From a virus (lineage: Duplodnaviria; Caudoviricetes): a stretch of DNA of 34,165 bases. Made by a program: the position numbers and the translations under genes. Positions 9,170 through 19,547 of this stretch are shown piece after piece. A model generated the notes under the pieces. The model saw only the letters and a program-made list of their open reading frames with translations. It searched no databases and was not told the origin of the DNA. Positions within the stretch are counted from its first letter, which is position 1. Each line of letters opens with the position of its first letter. Location of the stretch: positions 1 through 34,165 of the IMG/VR virus record IMGVR_UViG_3300030207_000478. One strand, given 5' to 3'.

Positions 9170-12100
9170 ATGATTACGATAAAATTAGTAGATTATAAAT
9201 ATAGGAAAAATAGCACAGGATATGCAGAAAACCTTATTAATATGCAGAATGTTCAACAGCTCGCTCCTTTTGGAGGAGATGCAACAATAGTAGACAAGCA
9301 AACCCTTAAATTTAATACTGCGGCAGCTACTTCAACTGTTTATCCTATTTCGGGGCCACTATCTATAGGTCATCAGTACGAGCTTAAGGTTCAAATTTCT
9401 GATTATTCAGGTTCAGGAACTATAGGGTTCTCTACTTCTTTGCAAGACGGAACAGTTGATTTGCCCTCAAACGCTAGGGGTAGTGCTAATGGAACATTTA
9501 CAGGAAGTGCTTTTACAGCTAGTTCAAACTCAGGTGTTAGAGCTTTTGCACATGCTACAGCATCAGGCACAGCGACTTTTTGGTTGGTACAAAGACAAGC
9601 CATAGAAAGATATAGAAGTTATATAGGAGATTTAGATGTAGGAAAATCAGAAGATTTCCCTTTATCTTTAAACTTTTCTATAGCAGATGTAAGAAATTTA
9701 GACTCAAGAACAGGAACATATAGTAAGACATTTAACATTCCCGCTACAAAAAACAATAATAGAATTCTTAAAGGAATTTATCAAGATGGTGTTGTGGTGG
9801 GTCGTTATAATGCAGGAGAGGCATCTTTACAGAACCCTATAACTGCAAAAAAAGATTGCGTTATAAATATAGATGATTTATATTCTATATCAGGAAAGCT
9901 AGAAATTACAGCAGTAGGAAATACTGATACTCCCCAATATTATTCTTGCGTTTTTTATGGCAATAATTCTGATTGGGCTTTTTCTTTAGAAAACAGGCTT
10001 TTAAAAGATTTAGCTGTTGCAGATAGTATAGACCCATCAACGGGAGAGATAGTTCAAGGAGCAGCAGGAAGTGGTTGGGATAATCTAAATGGAAAGGGGG
10101 CTAATACAGGAAAAGGTTTACCCTTAACTTACGCTGCTATTATAGATTCTTTTGAAGTTGATGATGCTCAAAACAAAACACCTTACAATCAAGCCACAGT
10201 TACTAATACCCTTCCCGTTGTATATCCTAATGTGGGATACGGAGAAAGAAACGAAAGCGGAACTTGTGCTACGCAACAATTATTAAAAAATGCAGACGAG
10301 GCCAATGGATGGGGAGCAGCATATACAGGTTGTTTTGGTTTTAACAATAGCGGAAATTCATATGGAAATCCAACGCCAACTGTAGATTGGAGGCCGGGAA
10401 TATTTATATATGATATTATACATCAAATATTTAAACAATTAGGATATAAGCTTTCATCTACTTTTATTGAGACAGCTATGTTTAAAAAGTTTATTATGAT
10501 TTTGCCTAACTTTACCTATAACAACTCAGAGGATAGATTAGCTGAGTATAGTATAGGTGGGGGATTTGATGCAGGGGGAACCGCTCTAACTCCGGGTAAA
10601 ATAATAGATGTTTCTAATACATACTCTAATTACACTCAAAATCAAGCTGCTTGGCCTGCTTGGACTGTAAAATGGGATAACGAGGGTAATTATGTTCCTC
10701 GTAACTATTACGATAATTCGGGTTGGAGTAGCGGAATATATACAATTCCAGAAGCAGGTTTTTATGATATTAACACCACAAACATAGGGGTAAACATAAA
10801 TGAAATCTGTTATGCAGGGGCTGCCGGTCAATCAATGAAAGTTCACTATGTGCAATTACTTTTTGAGGTAAGAACAGTTGGTAATCCCTCACATTACAAA
10901 ACCCTTGCTAGCGTAGAGGGAGCTATCCCGTCAAACACAGCATTAACTTGCCCTAACGCTATTAGCAACCCCTCTGACTACATGGGAACCTTTGAAGATA
11001 TAGAGGTTGAACAAAGGTATTTTAACAAAGGAGATAAAATAAGGTTTCGTATAAAGGCTAAGATTTCCCATACCAATTCGGGAACTCAAGATATTGGAAT
11101 AAGCATGACAGTTTGGGGTGGAAACCCACAAGCTTATACTGTTTCTAGTGCTAGTTCAGACGCTACAGGGTCTGTAGACATTAGGTTTTCTGCTGAAGAA
11201 GCGGCTTGGCAGCAAGAATACGACCTTAAGCATGTTATAGACAATGAACAAACACAGTTAGGTTTTTTAAAGGGAGTTATTCAAGCTTTTAATCTTTATG
11301 CTGATACAGATGTAGACTCAAAAATAGTTACTTTAGAGCCTTTTTATTATGCAGGAGACGACAGGGCAGATGCAGGTATAACAGATTTTTTTGAAAATCA
11401 AAACACAGCTTTAGATTGGACATCAAAGGTTGATTATACAAAAAACATAGAAGATAAATTTTTAGAAACTACTTTAACAAACGAGCTTATCTTTAAATTT
11501 AAAGAAGATAGCAATAACAAAAAAGTTGCCGATAGAGGAAGAAGATATTGGGATGGTATTCCTGATGAGTACCCTCACAAAGAAATTGTTGGTGGAGATG
11601 CTAAAAAAGGTGTTACTAATTTTGAAAACCCTTTCTTTTCTAGCACATACAATAGTCATGATGGAATGATTGGTGGAAGTGCGGTTTGTTCTGCAGGTGC
11701 TTGTGCGTGGGTTCCAACCTCAGCGGTTCTATGGGGAGAATGCGATACATCTCCTCCTACTTTACCAACAAGTTGCAGCGGATGTAGGCCTCCAAAAGGA
11801 AATAATTTTCAACCTTCTCTTTTAAATTATGTAAAGGAGGGTTATGAAAGGCGTCCTATGGGTACTGATGTTATGCAATGGAAAACTAGAATACAAACTT
11901 GGGGAACATCAGAAAGGTGGCTTACATCAGGTATTCCTGAATTAGACACATCAGGAAATATTGCAACATATTACGCTTCGCTATGCCGAGCTACTTCTTA
12001 TGACGACAGGAGGCCTTATAATAATGCAGGTGCAGGTAATCCTAGTGAAACGCCGCCTGTTTTAGTTTTTGCTTCTCCTAGATTAGGTCAATACAACCAT

Positions 12101-12397
12101 CTTAGTCCTAATTCAAATTATATGTTGCAATATGTAAAAGGTCTTTATCAAACATATTACCAAGTTATGATAGAGATGTTAAAAAAAGATAGTAGGATAA
12201 AACAAATTCATATAAACCTTAATATGAGTGATATAGTAAGCTTAAACTTAAGAAGATTAGTTTATATAGATGGTTATTACTATAGAATAAATAGAATTAT
12301 TGATTTTCAGCCCGGTAAAAATCAATCAACAAAAGTTGAACTTATACTTTGGGAAGAAGTGGGTGTTTATCCTGCAGCAGCAGGCGGTAATTTTTAA
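9170..12397 (+). CDS. tail tip/hub protein with inserted beta-rich domains
   Basis: FPLSLNFSIADV...YSKTFNIPAT..NN and C-terminal VYIDGYYYRINRIIDF...TKVELI; 1075 aa. Confidence 0.75.
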   Translation: MITIKLVDYKYRKNSTGYAENLINMQNVQQLAPFGGDATIVDKQTLKFNTAAATSTVYPISGPLSIGHQYELKVQISDYSGSGTIGFSTSLQDGTVDLPSNARGSANGTFTGSAFTASSNSGVRAFAHATASGTATFWLVQRQAIERYRSYIGDLDVGKSEDFPLSLNFSIADVRNLDSRTGTYSKTFNIPATKNNNRILKGIYQDGVVVGRYNAGEASLQNPITAKKDCVINIDDLYSISGKLEITAVGNTDTPQYYSCVFYGNNSDWAFSLENRLLKDLAVADSIDPSTGEIVQGAAGSGWDNLNGKGANTGKGLPLTYAAIIDSFEVDDAQNKTPYNQATVTNTLPVVYPNVGYGERNESGTCATQQLLKNADEANGWGAAYTGCFGFNNSGNSYGNPTPTVDWRPGIFIYDIIHQIFKQLGYKLSSTFIETAMFKKFIMILPNFTYNNSEDRLAEYSIGGGFDAGGTALTPGKIIDVSNTYSNYTQNQAAWPAWTVKWDNEGNYVPRNYYDNSGWSSGIYTIPEAGFYDINTTNIGVNINEICYAGAAGQSMKVHYVQLLFEVRTVGNPSHYKTLASVEGAIPSNTALTCPNAISNPSDYMGTFEDIEVEQRYFNKGDKIRFRIKAKISHTNSGTQDIGISMTVWGGNPQAYTVSSASSDATGSVDIRFSAEEAAWQQEYDLKHVIDNEQTQLGFLKGVIQAFNLYADTDVDSKIVTLEPFYYAGDDRADAGITDFFENQNTALDWTSKVDYTKNIEDKFLETTLTNELIFKFKEDSNNKKVADRGRRYWDGIPDEYPHKEIVGGDAKKGVTNFENPFFSSTYNSHDGMIGGSAVCSAGACAWVPTSAVLWGECDTSPPTLPTSCSGCRPPKGNNFQPSLLNYVKEGYERRPMGTDVMQWKTRIQTWGTSERWLTSGIPELDTSGNIATYYASLCRATSYDDRRPYNNAGAGNPSETPPVLVFASPRLGQYNHLSPNSNYMLQYVKGLYQTYYQVMIEMLKKDSRIKQIHINLNMSDIVSLNLRRLVYIDGYYYRINRIIDFQPGKNQSTKVELILWEEVGVYPAAAGGNF

Positions 12398-12400
12398 ATT

Positions 12401-13147
12401 ATGACAAGACGATTAAATAGTATAAATAGTGAGGGACAAGCTATAAAAGCAGGATTAGATGTTTTTATGGATATTGATGTGTATTCAGGAGATTACTTGG
12501 CTTACGGAGAGTCTTTTATACTTGGGACTTTGACAGGTTCAACTGACACAGCTACATCACATGACGATTATGCGGGGCAGGCTATGTCTGTGGCACCCCC
12601 TGAAAGTGTTAATACTTGGTATAGATTTCATACAAGTGGTGTTATATATGAAGATATAATATCGCCACGAACAACAACCAACTCTCTTACAATGTCAGCT
12701 GCTATTGGAGAGCTTCTTCCTAGCCACTCAGGAATGTACCAAAAACTGTCAGGTTTGGTTGTGGGATATAATTATGAGGTAAGAATGAAGCTGCATCCTT
12801 CTACTAATGTAGGAAGAATGGCTTTCAAGACTTTTTATTATGCTAATGAAAACGCTACCAATGCCTTATCAACTACAGAGCAAGTACAGGTAATATCTGC
12901 TAGCTCATACGAAGTGGTTTTTAATTTTACAGCAGAAACGACTAACGACATAGTGTTTTTTGATTTTTCTACCTCTACAGATACTTCTAACATACAAATA
13001 TCTTCTATAAGTATAAAACAAAAAGAAACAGCAAAAATTATTGTAGTTGCAAACATAGAAAATTTAGGTATGTGTAAAGTATTAAGAAGAAATGAAGAAG
13101 CAGGCATAGAGCCTGAAGATGGAGACCCTAATATAACATTAGAATAA
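12401..13147 (+). CDS. virion protein with a carbohydrate-binding-like beta sandwich
   Basis: YQKLSGLVVGYNYEV...FNFTAETT...ISSISIK pattern. Confidence 0.55.
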   Translation: MTRRLNSINSEGQAIKAGLDVFMDIDVYSGDYLAYGESFILGTLTGSTDTATSHDDYAGQAMSVAPPESVNTWYRFHTSGVIYEDIISPRTTTNSLTMSAAIGELLPSHSGMYQKLSGLVVGYNYEVRMKLHPSTNVGRMAFKTFYYANENATNALSTTEQVQVISASSYEVVFNFTAETTNDIVFFDFSTSTDTSNIQISSISIKQKETAKIIVVANIENLGMCKVLRRNEEAGIEPEDGDPNITLE

Positions 13148-13148
13148 G

Positions 13149-13691
13149 ATGGCTGACCAATATAAATTCATAAAAGATGCCTTAAAAAAAGAAGCTCCTT
13201 ATATAATAAGTCAGCTTCAAAAAGAATTAGACCATCAGCAGCATATTGCTTCAGGAACTTTATATAAAGGCTTTAGAGATATAATAAAAATTGGCTCTGA
13301 CACTATATCTCTTTTGATAACTAATAACACTCCATATATGTGGCTTGTTAATGATGGTAAAAAATCAGGTGTAAACGCTAGTTATAATGCTATACTTGAG
13401 TGGGTTTATGAGAAAGAGGGTAGAGGTATGCTAACATTTAGTAGTAATCACGAAAGAGCAAATTTTGTGCAAAAAGTAAAGCATAACCTAGAAAACAATT
13501 ATTTTACAAGGACAGGAGACATGAATGTTCCTCCTTATGGAAATAAAAGATATTTCTTTATAGATATTGCTGCACATAAAGTTAGGCAAAGTAACATACA
13601 GGATAGAATTAAAGAGGGGGTAGTAGCAGAGATTGAAGATGCTGTAAAAAAAGCATTATTAAAAGAAGAACTTACAATAACAATAGGATAA
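13149..13691 (+). CDS. neck/tail completion protein (HK97 gp10-like)
   Basis: ASGTLY and YMWLVNDG motifs; directly upstream of the tape measure gene. Confidence 0.55.
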   Translation: MADQYKFIKDALKKEAPYIISQLQKELDHQQHIASGTLYKGFRDIIKIGSDTISLLITNNTPYMWLVNDGKKSGVNASYNAILEWVYEKEGRGMLTFSSNHERANFVQKVKHNLENNYFTRTGDMNVPPYGNKRYFFIDIAAHKVRQSNIQDRIKEGVVAEIEDAVKKALLKEELTITIG

Positions 13692-13698
13692 AAAAGAC

Positions 13699-16600
13699 AT
13701 GGCAAAAAATATAGCAATAGATGTTCAGATTAAGAATGTAAAAAAGATTACAGATTTAAAGAATAGCCTAAAGGAGTTAAGGAAAGAACAAAGAAATATA
13801 GAGAAAGAAACTAAAGCTTCAGGTAAAACAACACGAGAACAGGCACAACAATATACAAAAAACGAAAAAGCTATAAAAAGCCAATCTAAAGCTTTAAGAG
13901 AAAACAAAAAAGCCTTAGTAGATGGAACAAAAAGCACAGCAAAAGCGAACAAGGCTACAGGAAGTCTTACAAAATCTTTTTTAAAGGCTGCAGGTGCAAT
14001 AACTTTGGTAGTAGGGGCTTTTAGAACAGTATCGGGGGCTGTAAGCAGAACGATTGCTACATTTACTGAGTTTGAATTTACAATGGCTAAGGTTCTTGCT
14101 GTTTCGGGAGCTACTGATGAGGAGTTTAAGGCTTTAACTGCAACAGCAGAGGAGTTAGGTAGAACAACATTCTTTACCGCAGAACAAGTTGGACAACTTC
14201 AATTAGCATACTCTAAATTAGGTTTTACTGCAAAAGAAATACAAGACGCTGTAAAGCCAACTCTTGACTTAGCAACAGCTACAGGTACAGACCTAGCAAG
14301 AGCAGCACAAGTTGCGGGTGCAGCAGTAAGAGGTTTTGGTTTAGACGCTTCTGAAACTGAAAGAGTTGTAGATGTTATGGCGGTTTCGTTTAGTAGCTCT
14401 GCTATGGATATAGAAAAATGGCAAACGGGTATGACAAAAGTTGCTCCGATTGCAAAAGCAGCAGGATTCTCTATTGAAGATACAGCAGCTATAATGTCTA
14501 AGCTTTCTGACTCAGGTATTGAGGCTTCTATTGCAGGTACATCTTTAAGAAATATTTTACTTAAAATGCAAGACCCTTCGTCTGAACTTTCAAAGTCATT
14601 TGGAAGTACAATTCACTCTTTAGACGACTTAGTTCCTGCTATGAAAAAGTTTGTGGCTGAAGGTGGTAGTATGGCAGATATTATGGAGGTTGTTGATTTA
14701 AGACAGGCAGCAGCTTTTGAGCAAATGCTTACAACAGCAGATGGAACGCTAGCTTTAAGAAACGAACTAGAAGATGCTAATGGAGAGGGAGCTAGAATGG
14801 CAGATATAGTGGGGGACACGCTACAAGGTGCTTTTCTTAAATTAAAATCTGCATTACAGGGTGTGTCTATATCAGTAATGAAAGACTTTGCTGAGGGAAT
14901 GCAAAGTGGAATAGAAAAGGCAGCAGGATTTTTTAACATGCTAGCTGAAAACAGCAAAACAATAACAACCACTATTAAGTTTTTAGGTAAATTAATAAGA
15001 ATAGTAGGTCTTTATAAATTAGGGGTTTTAGCAGCAACAAAAGGAACTAGAGCCCTTAGAATAGCAAAGGTTTTATTATATAAAACAAATGCAACTCTTA
15101 CCGCTTCAACTATTACTTTAACAGGGGCTGTAAACGCTTTAAAGCTTAGTATAAAATCATTATTAAGCTCTACAGGTATTGGAATGTTGGTCGCTTTTGC
15201 TCCTGAAATATTAAACTTTTTTGGAGTTTGGGGAGACGAAACCGAAGATTTGACTGAAGAAACAGACGGACTTACTGAATCTCAAAGAAAATTACACGAA
15301 ACATATCGTGATACTTTAAAAGAAACTGCAAAAACATCTCTTGAATTTGAAAGACTTATCAGTCTTAAAGAGCAAATGAATGAACTAACTGATGATGAAG
15401 GAAAACTTTTAGATGATAATGCTGTAAATCAAAAACAATATAACAGCCTTAAGGGGCAAGCCGCTGTTTTAATTAGAGCCCTTAATCAAGATTTAGAAGA
15501 TAATGACCAAGCCCTAATAGATGAAAAAACATCTATAGACGACTTAACGATTGCTATGCAAAATCTTACTAAGGCAATGATGGAGCAAAGTATAGCTGAC
15601 GCATTTAAAAGAAGAATGGAGACTATTACTGATGAGGCGGCTAATGCAAGGATTACTCTTTCTCAGCTTAGAAAAGAAATTGGAAAGACTTATATAACAG
15701 ATGAGTGGATTGAAAAAGGAAGGCTTGGTACACAAGGACAAATAAGCGCAGGAGGTATTCCTCAATATTTTTCTTATGACGAACAAGGGCAAGGAGTAGG
15801 CACCCCTTATATGTACTTACCTCCTGAAGGTAGTGATTATTACAGGTATGCAACTAATGAGGAACTTATAGCTGCCATGATGGATAAGTCAAAAGTATGG
15901 AAATCAAATAATGTTAGTCTGTACCCTGATACAGAAACATTAGGAGACCTTCCTGTAAATAGAGATTGGGAAACCCTACAAAATACAACAATTACACAAC
16001 AAGATTGGGAAAGGTATGTAAATATAATGAGCAAACAGGTTAAAGGGATGAAACGAATGGAGGATGAACGCCCTGAAGATTTTGTAAAAAGAATGTTTGA
16101 CAAGTTGTTAAAAGATGCAGATATTAGCGGAGAGAGTCAGGCAGACTTATCAGAAACATTAGAAATTTTTGCGTCTGATTATGGTCTTGACCTTAATGAA
16201 ATTTTAATAAGGGGTGGTACCACAACAGGAGGTACAACAGGTGGCGATGGAGGCCCCGACCCTATAGCTGTTACAGATTGGGAAACATTAACAAAAGAAG
16301 CTCTTTTAGTTGTAAAGCAGAAGTATGATGAGGCGGGGGCAAGTCAAGAAGAATATCAAATTGCATTAGCTGCAACAAGAAAGGCTATGCTTCAGCAAGA
16401 ACTAGATGAATTAAACGCTTTAGAAAAATTAAATTTAGGTCAGAAAAAAAGAAAGCTAGACCTTGAAACTCAAATAGCAGATGCTACTATAGCTGAAAAT
16501 CAAAACACCTTTAAAAGGCAAATGGAACTAGAGCAGGAAAAGTTCAATAAGCTTAAGCAAAAAACAATAGAAGAAAATACTGTTAGAGGTAAATTAACAC

Positions 16601-17550
16601 ATGATGGTCAGGCACTTCTTTTACAGCAAGAGGCTGAGTTCTTAAACACCAAGCTTAATCTTTATAATAGTTATGGGCAAAAAATTATTGGTATAGATAC
16701 AGATATATCTAAAAACAAACAAGCTCAACATGAATTACAAATGAAGATGTTTAAAGACCAATTAAAGGCTATGGGTGGTATTGGTTCAGGGCTTCAAGAT
16801 TTAGCAGGAGATAATGAGAAGTTAAATAAAGTTAAAGAAGCGGGTATTTTAATTTCTAAAATAGCACAAGGGATTGAGAAGGCTATGCTAATACAAGAGC
16901 AGCTGTTTGAGTTAGGATTAATCAAAAAAATAGCCCTAAAGAAAACAGATATAGCATTAACACAGCTTCAAACAACATCTAACATAGGAGAGGCTGCTAG
17001 TGAAAATCTTTCTACAGGCTCTATATTAGCCAATACAATAGCTACAATATCAAGTATTATACCTAAAGCCATATCTACAATTTTAAGTGCGTTTTCGGGG
17101 CCGCTTGGTATATTAAAAGCAATAGCAGCTTACGCTTTTATAAGAAAAATAATGAAGATGAAATTTGAAGATGGAGGTATTATTTCTTCTGATGATAAAT
17201 ATGCTAAAGGAGGAATGGTGTATGGTAAATCTCACGCTCAAGGGGGCGAAAAGTTCTCTGCAGGCGGTAGAGTGGTAGAGCTAGAAGGTGGAGAGGCTGT
17301 TATAAATAGAAAAAGTACAGCTATGTTTAGAAACCAACTTTCAGCTATGAACGAAGCGGGAGGGGGAGTAAGGTTTGCAGATGGAGGTTTATTAACATCT
17401 CCTCAGTTTACTAACTCTGAATTTGCTGCACAAAACCAATTACAAATGAGAGACGCAATGGAAAGACAAAAGAAAGTTGTTGTGGTAGAATCTGATATAA
17501 CAGAAAGCCAATCAACAGTTAGTGTTATCCAAGCAAATGCGTCATTTTAA
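13699..17550 (+). CDS. tail tape measure protein (TP901-like core)
   Basis: FEFTMAKVLAVSGAT, LGRTTFFTA, GIEASIAGTSLRNIL; coiled coils; C-terminal GKSHAQGG..ELEGGEAVIN. Confidence 0.95.
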   Translation: MAKNIAIDVQIKNVKKITDLKNSLKELRKEQRNIEKETKASGKTTREQAQQYTKNEKAIKSQSKALRENKKALVDGTKSTAKANKATGSLTKSFLKAAGAITLVVGAFRTVSGAVSRTIATFTEFEFTMAKVLAVSGATDEEFKALTATAEELGRTTFFTAEQVGQLQLAYSKLGFTAKEIQDAVKPTLDLATATGTDLARAAQVAGAAVRGFGLDASETERVVDVMAVSFSSSAMDIEKWQTGMTKVAPIAKAAGFSIEDTAAIMSKLSDSGIEASIAGTSLRNILLKMQDPSSELSKSFGSTIHSLDDLVPAMKKFVAEGGSMADIMEVVDLRQAAAFEQMLTTADGTLALRNELEDANGEGARMADIVGDTLQGAFLKLKSALQGVSISVMKDFAEGMQSGIEKAAGFFNMLAENSKTITTTIKFLGKLIRIVGLYKLGVLAATKGTRALRIAKVLLYKTNATLTASTITLTGAVNALKLSIKSLLSSTGIGMLVAFAPEILNFFGVWGDETEDLTEETDGLTESQRKLHETYRDTLKETAKTSLEFERLISLKEQMNELTDDEGKLLDDNAVNQKQYNSLKGQAAVLIRALNQDLEDNDQALIDEKTSIDDLTIAMQNLTKAMMEQSIADAFKRRMETITDEAANARITLSQLRKEIGKTYITDEWIEKGRLGTQGQISAGGIPQYFSYDEQGQGVGTPYMYLPPEGSDYYRYATNEELIAAMMDKSKVWKSNNVSLYPDTETLGDLPVNRDWETLQNTTITQQDWERYVNIMSKQVKGMKRMEDERPEDFVKRMFDKLLKDADISGESQADLSETLEIFASDYGLDLNEILIRGGTTTGGTTGGDGGPDPIAVTDWETLTKEALLVVKQKYDEAGASQEEYQIALAATRKAMLQQELDELNALEKLNLGQKKRKLDLETQIADATIAENQNTFKRQMELEQEKFNKLKQKTIEENTVRGKLTHDGQALLLQQEAEFLNTKLNLYNSYGQKIIGIDTDISKNKQAQHELQMKMFKDQLKAMGGIGSGLQDLAGDNEKLNKVKEAGILISKIAQGIEKAMLIQEQLFELGLIKKIALKKTDIALTQLQTTSNIGEAASENLSTGSILANTIATISSIIPKAISTILSAFSGPLGILKAIAAYAFIRKIMKMKFEDGGIISSDDKYAKGGMVYGKSHAQGGEKFSAGGRVVELEGGEAVINRKSTAMFRNQLSAMNEAGGGVRFADGGLLTSPQFTNSEFAAQNQLQMRDAMERQKKVVVVESDITESQSTVSVIQANASF

Positions 17551-17570
17551 TAACCTAAAAAATTAAACAA

Positions 17571-17771
17571 ATGTTTGTTGATAAAAAAATAAAAGAAGAT
17601 AGATTAAATGTGTGTAAAAATTGCGACTTTTACAGAAACTTTTTAATGTTAAAAAGACCTAAATGGACAAAAGGAGCAAGATGCGGAAAGTGTTCTTGTT
17701 TCATAGACGCTAAAGCTTCTCTTACTAAAGAGTTTTACGGAGAGTGTCCTGAAGGTAAGTGGAAAGAGTAA
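17571..17771 (+). CDS. small Cys-rich (Zn-binding) phage protein
   Basis: RLNVCKNC, CGKCSCF, CPEGKW. Confidence 0.8.
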   Translation: MFVDKKIKEDRLNVCKNCDFYRNFLMLKRPKWTKGARCGKCSCFIDAKASLTKEFYGECPEGKWKE

Positions 17772-18136
17772 TAACTAAACTTTATAATATGCAAAATCAA
17801 TTTGATGTAATCTTATCTAAATTAACAGAAGAAGAAAAAAATGAAATCGTAACGCAACAAAAAGTCAATCTCAATGACATGAATGGGAAAAACATGTATA
17901 ATGGTCGTGCTCTTGATTATTTTTTTAGGATGTGGCACAGGCACTTTCCTAATATAAGACAAAGTAAAACATGTAAAGGTTGTAGAGACGGGGTTGTTAA
18001 GTTTTATCATGGTGTTGCTGATTTAATATCTCAGCAAATAAATGATGCAAAGCAAAAACAAAAAGAGGAAGAAGAATTAAAAGCACCAAAAAAAATAGTA
18101 AAAGCAAAATCTAAAAAAAATAAATCTAAGAAATAA
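17759..18136 (+). CDS. hypothetical protein with CxxC and basic tail
   Basis: TCKGC; the start may instead be the ATG at 17789. Confidence 0.7.
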   Translation: MERVITKLYNMQNQFDVILSKLTEEEKNEIVTQQKVNLNDMNGKNMYNGRALDYFFRMWHRHFPNIRQSKTCKGCRDGVVKFYHGVADLISQQINDAKQKQKEEEELKAPKKIVKAKSKKNKSKK

Positions 18137-18137
18137 T

Positions 18138-18458
18138 ATGGCTAAAAGACAAAACGACATTGAGGTTGTGGAGGAGTATTTAGAAATATTAAATCAAGAA
18201 GTTACATTAAGATTTGGAGAAGCCACTTCAAAGGATACAATTAGACACTTAATTGAAAAAGGAATTATAAACCCTAAAGCTTTAAGAAACTATATGATAA
18301 TATATGATTTTGAAAGTATTTTAAAGTTTAATCAGGGAAATAGAACTCATACTTTTATGGACTTATCTATTAAATATCACATATCAGAAAGACAAGCTCA
18401 AACCATAGTTTATAAAGAAAGAAAGAAGATAGAAGCTTCATTTAACATAACTTACTAA
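18138..18458 (+). CDS. Mor/C-like transcription regulator (candidate late activator)
   Basis: C-terminal HTH LSIKYHISERQAQTIV preceded by RNYMI; 106 aa. Confidence 0.55.
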   Translation: MAKRQNDIEVVEEYLEILNQEVTLRFGEATSKDTIRHLIEKGIINPKALRNYMIIYDFESILKFNQGNRTHTFMDLSIKYHISERQAQTIVYKERKKIEASFNITY

Positions 18459-18464
18459 AATTTA

Positions 18465-18508
18465 TTCCTAAAACTTCGCAAAAGTTAAATATCTAAAATA
18501 TATTTTTG
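18465..18508 (+). promoter_or_regulatory. putative late promoter TTCCTAAAACTTC-N23-TATTTTTG
   Basis: 12/13 box match, perfect -7 element at 18501-18508, upstream of the head operon. Confidence 0.7.
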
Positions 18509-18513
18509 CACTT

Positions 18514-19524
18514 ATGAAGAAAAATTGGTACAACATAAGTGGAAAAGCATCAGATGGTATAGCTGATATTTATATATTTGATGAGATAGGTGCTTACGGA
18601 CTAAACGCACAATCATTTATTGATGAAATTAAGCCTTTTAAAAACGCTGCTCTAAACATACATATTAACTGTGTAGGTGGGGATGTTTTTGATGGAATGG
18701 CTATTTATAATGTAATTAAAAAAAGAACTGCACGAACTACAGTTTATATTGAAGGTATAGCCGCAAGCATGGGTAGTGTTATTGCTTTAGCTGCAGATAC
18801 TGTGGTTATGGCTGAAAACTCTTTATTTATGATTCACAACGCTTGGGGTGGAGCAATGGGAGAGGCTAAAGAAATGAAAAAAACAGCAAAGCTTTTAGAT
18901 AAGATTAGTGGAGAGATTGCTGATATATATGTTAAAAAGACAAACTTACCTTATAGTAAGGTAGAAGAAATGATGGATGAGGAAACTTGGTTAAATGCTG
19001 AAGAAGCATACGAGCTAGGCTTCGTAGATTCTATCTCGGATGCTATAAAAGTAGCAGCCAAATATGATGTTTCTAAGTTTAAAAATATTACAAGCGAGGA
19101 AATATCTAATAAACTAAGTGTTAATTTAAAAAGTAAAAAAATGACTGATGAGTTAAAAGCTTGGTTTAATGGTAAAGTTGAAGATATTATCGCAAGAGTA
19201 AAAAGTGAATCATCTGACAACGAAGCTGTTGAATCAAAAGAAGTTAGCGAAATAACTATAGCAGATGAAGCTGAAATTTTAAACAAGTTCTCAGATTTTG
19301 AAGCTGAAGCTATTAAGCTTAATGGGTCTATTGCTGAATTAGAAGGAGAAAAAGTTACTCTTACTGAAGAAGTAGAAAGACTAAGTGCTTTGTTAAGTAA
19401 AGCAGAAGCAAAAGGGACGGGCATTTCTACAGAAGGCGACCCTGCAGTAGTAAAAAATGAGGTAGAAAATAAAGAAGATGCGTTTTGGAACGGATTAGTA
19501 GCTAAAATGAATCATAATAATTAA
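18514..19524 (+). CDS. ClpP-like prohead protease fused to a scaffold-like coiled coil
   Basis: GGDVFDG, GIAASMGS, FMIHN, ETWLNAEEA.ELGFVD; acidic coiled-coil C-terminus. Confidence 0.92.
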   Translation: MKKNWYNISGKASDGIADIYIFDEIGAYGLNAQSFIDEIKPFKNAALNIHINCVGGDVFDGMAIYNVIKKRTARTTVYIEGIAASMGSVIALAADTVVMAENSLFMIHNAWGGAMGEAKEMKKTAKLLDKISGEIADIYVKKTNLPYSKVEEMMDEETWLNAEEAYELGFVDSISDAIKVAAKYDVSKFKNITSEEISNKLSVNLKSKKMTDELKAWFNGKVEDIIARVKSESSDNEAVESKEVSEITIADEAEILNKFSDFEAEAIKLNGSIAELEGEKVTLTEEVERLSALLSKAEAKGTGISTEGDPAVVKNEVENKEDAFWNGLVAKMNHNN

Positions 19525-19547
19525 TATAAACTTAAAAAGAAAAAAAA

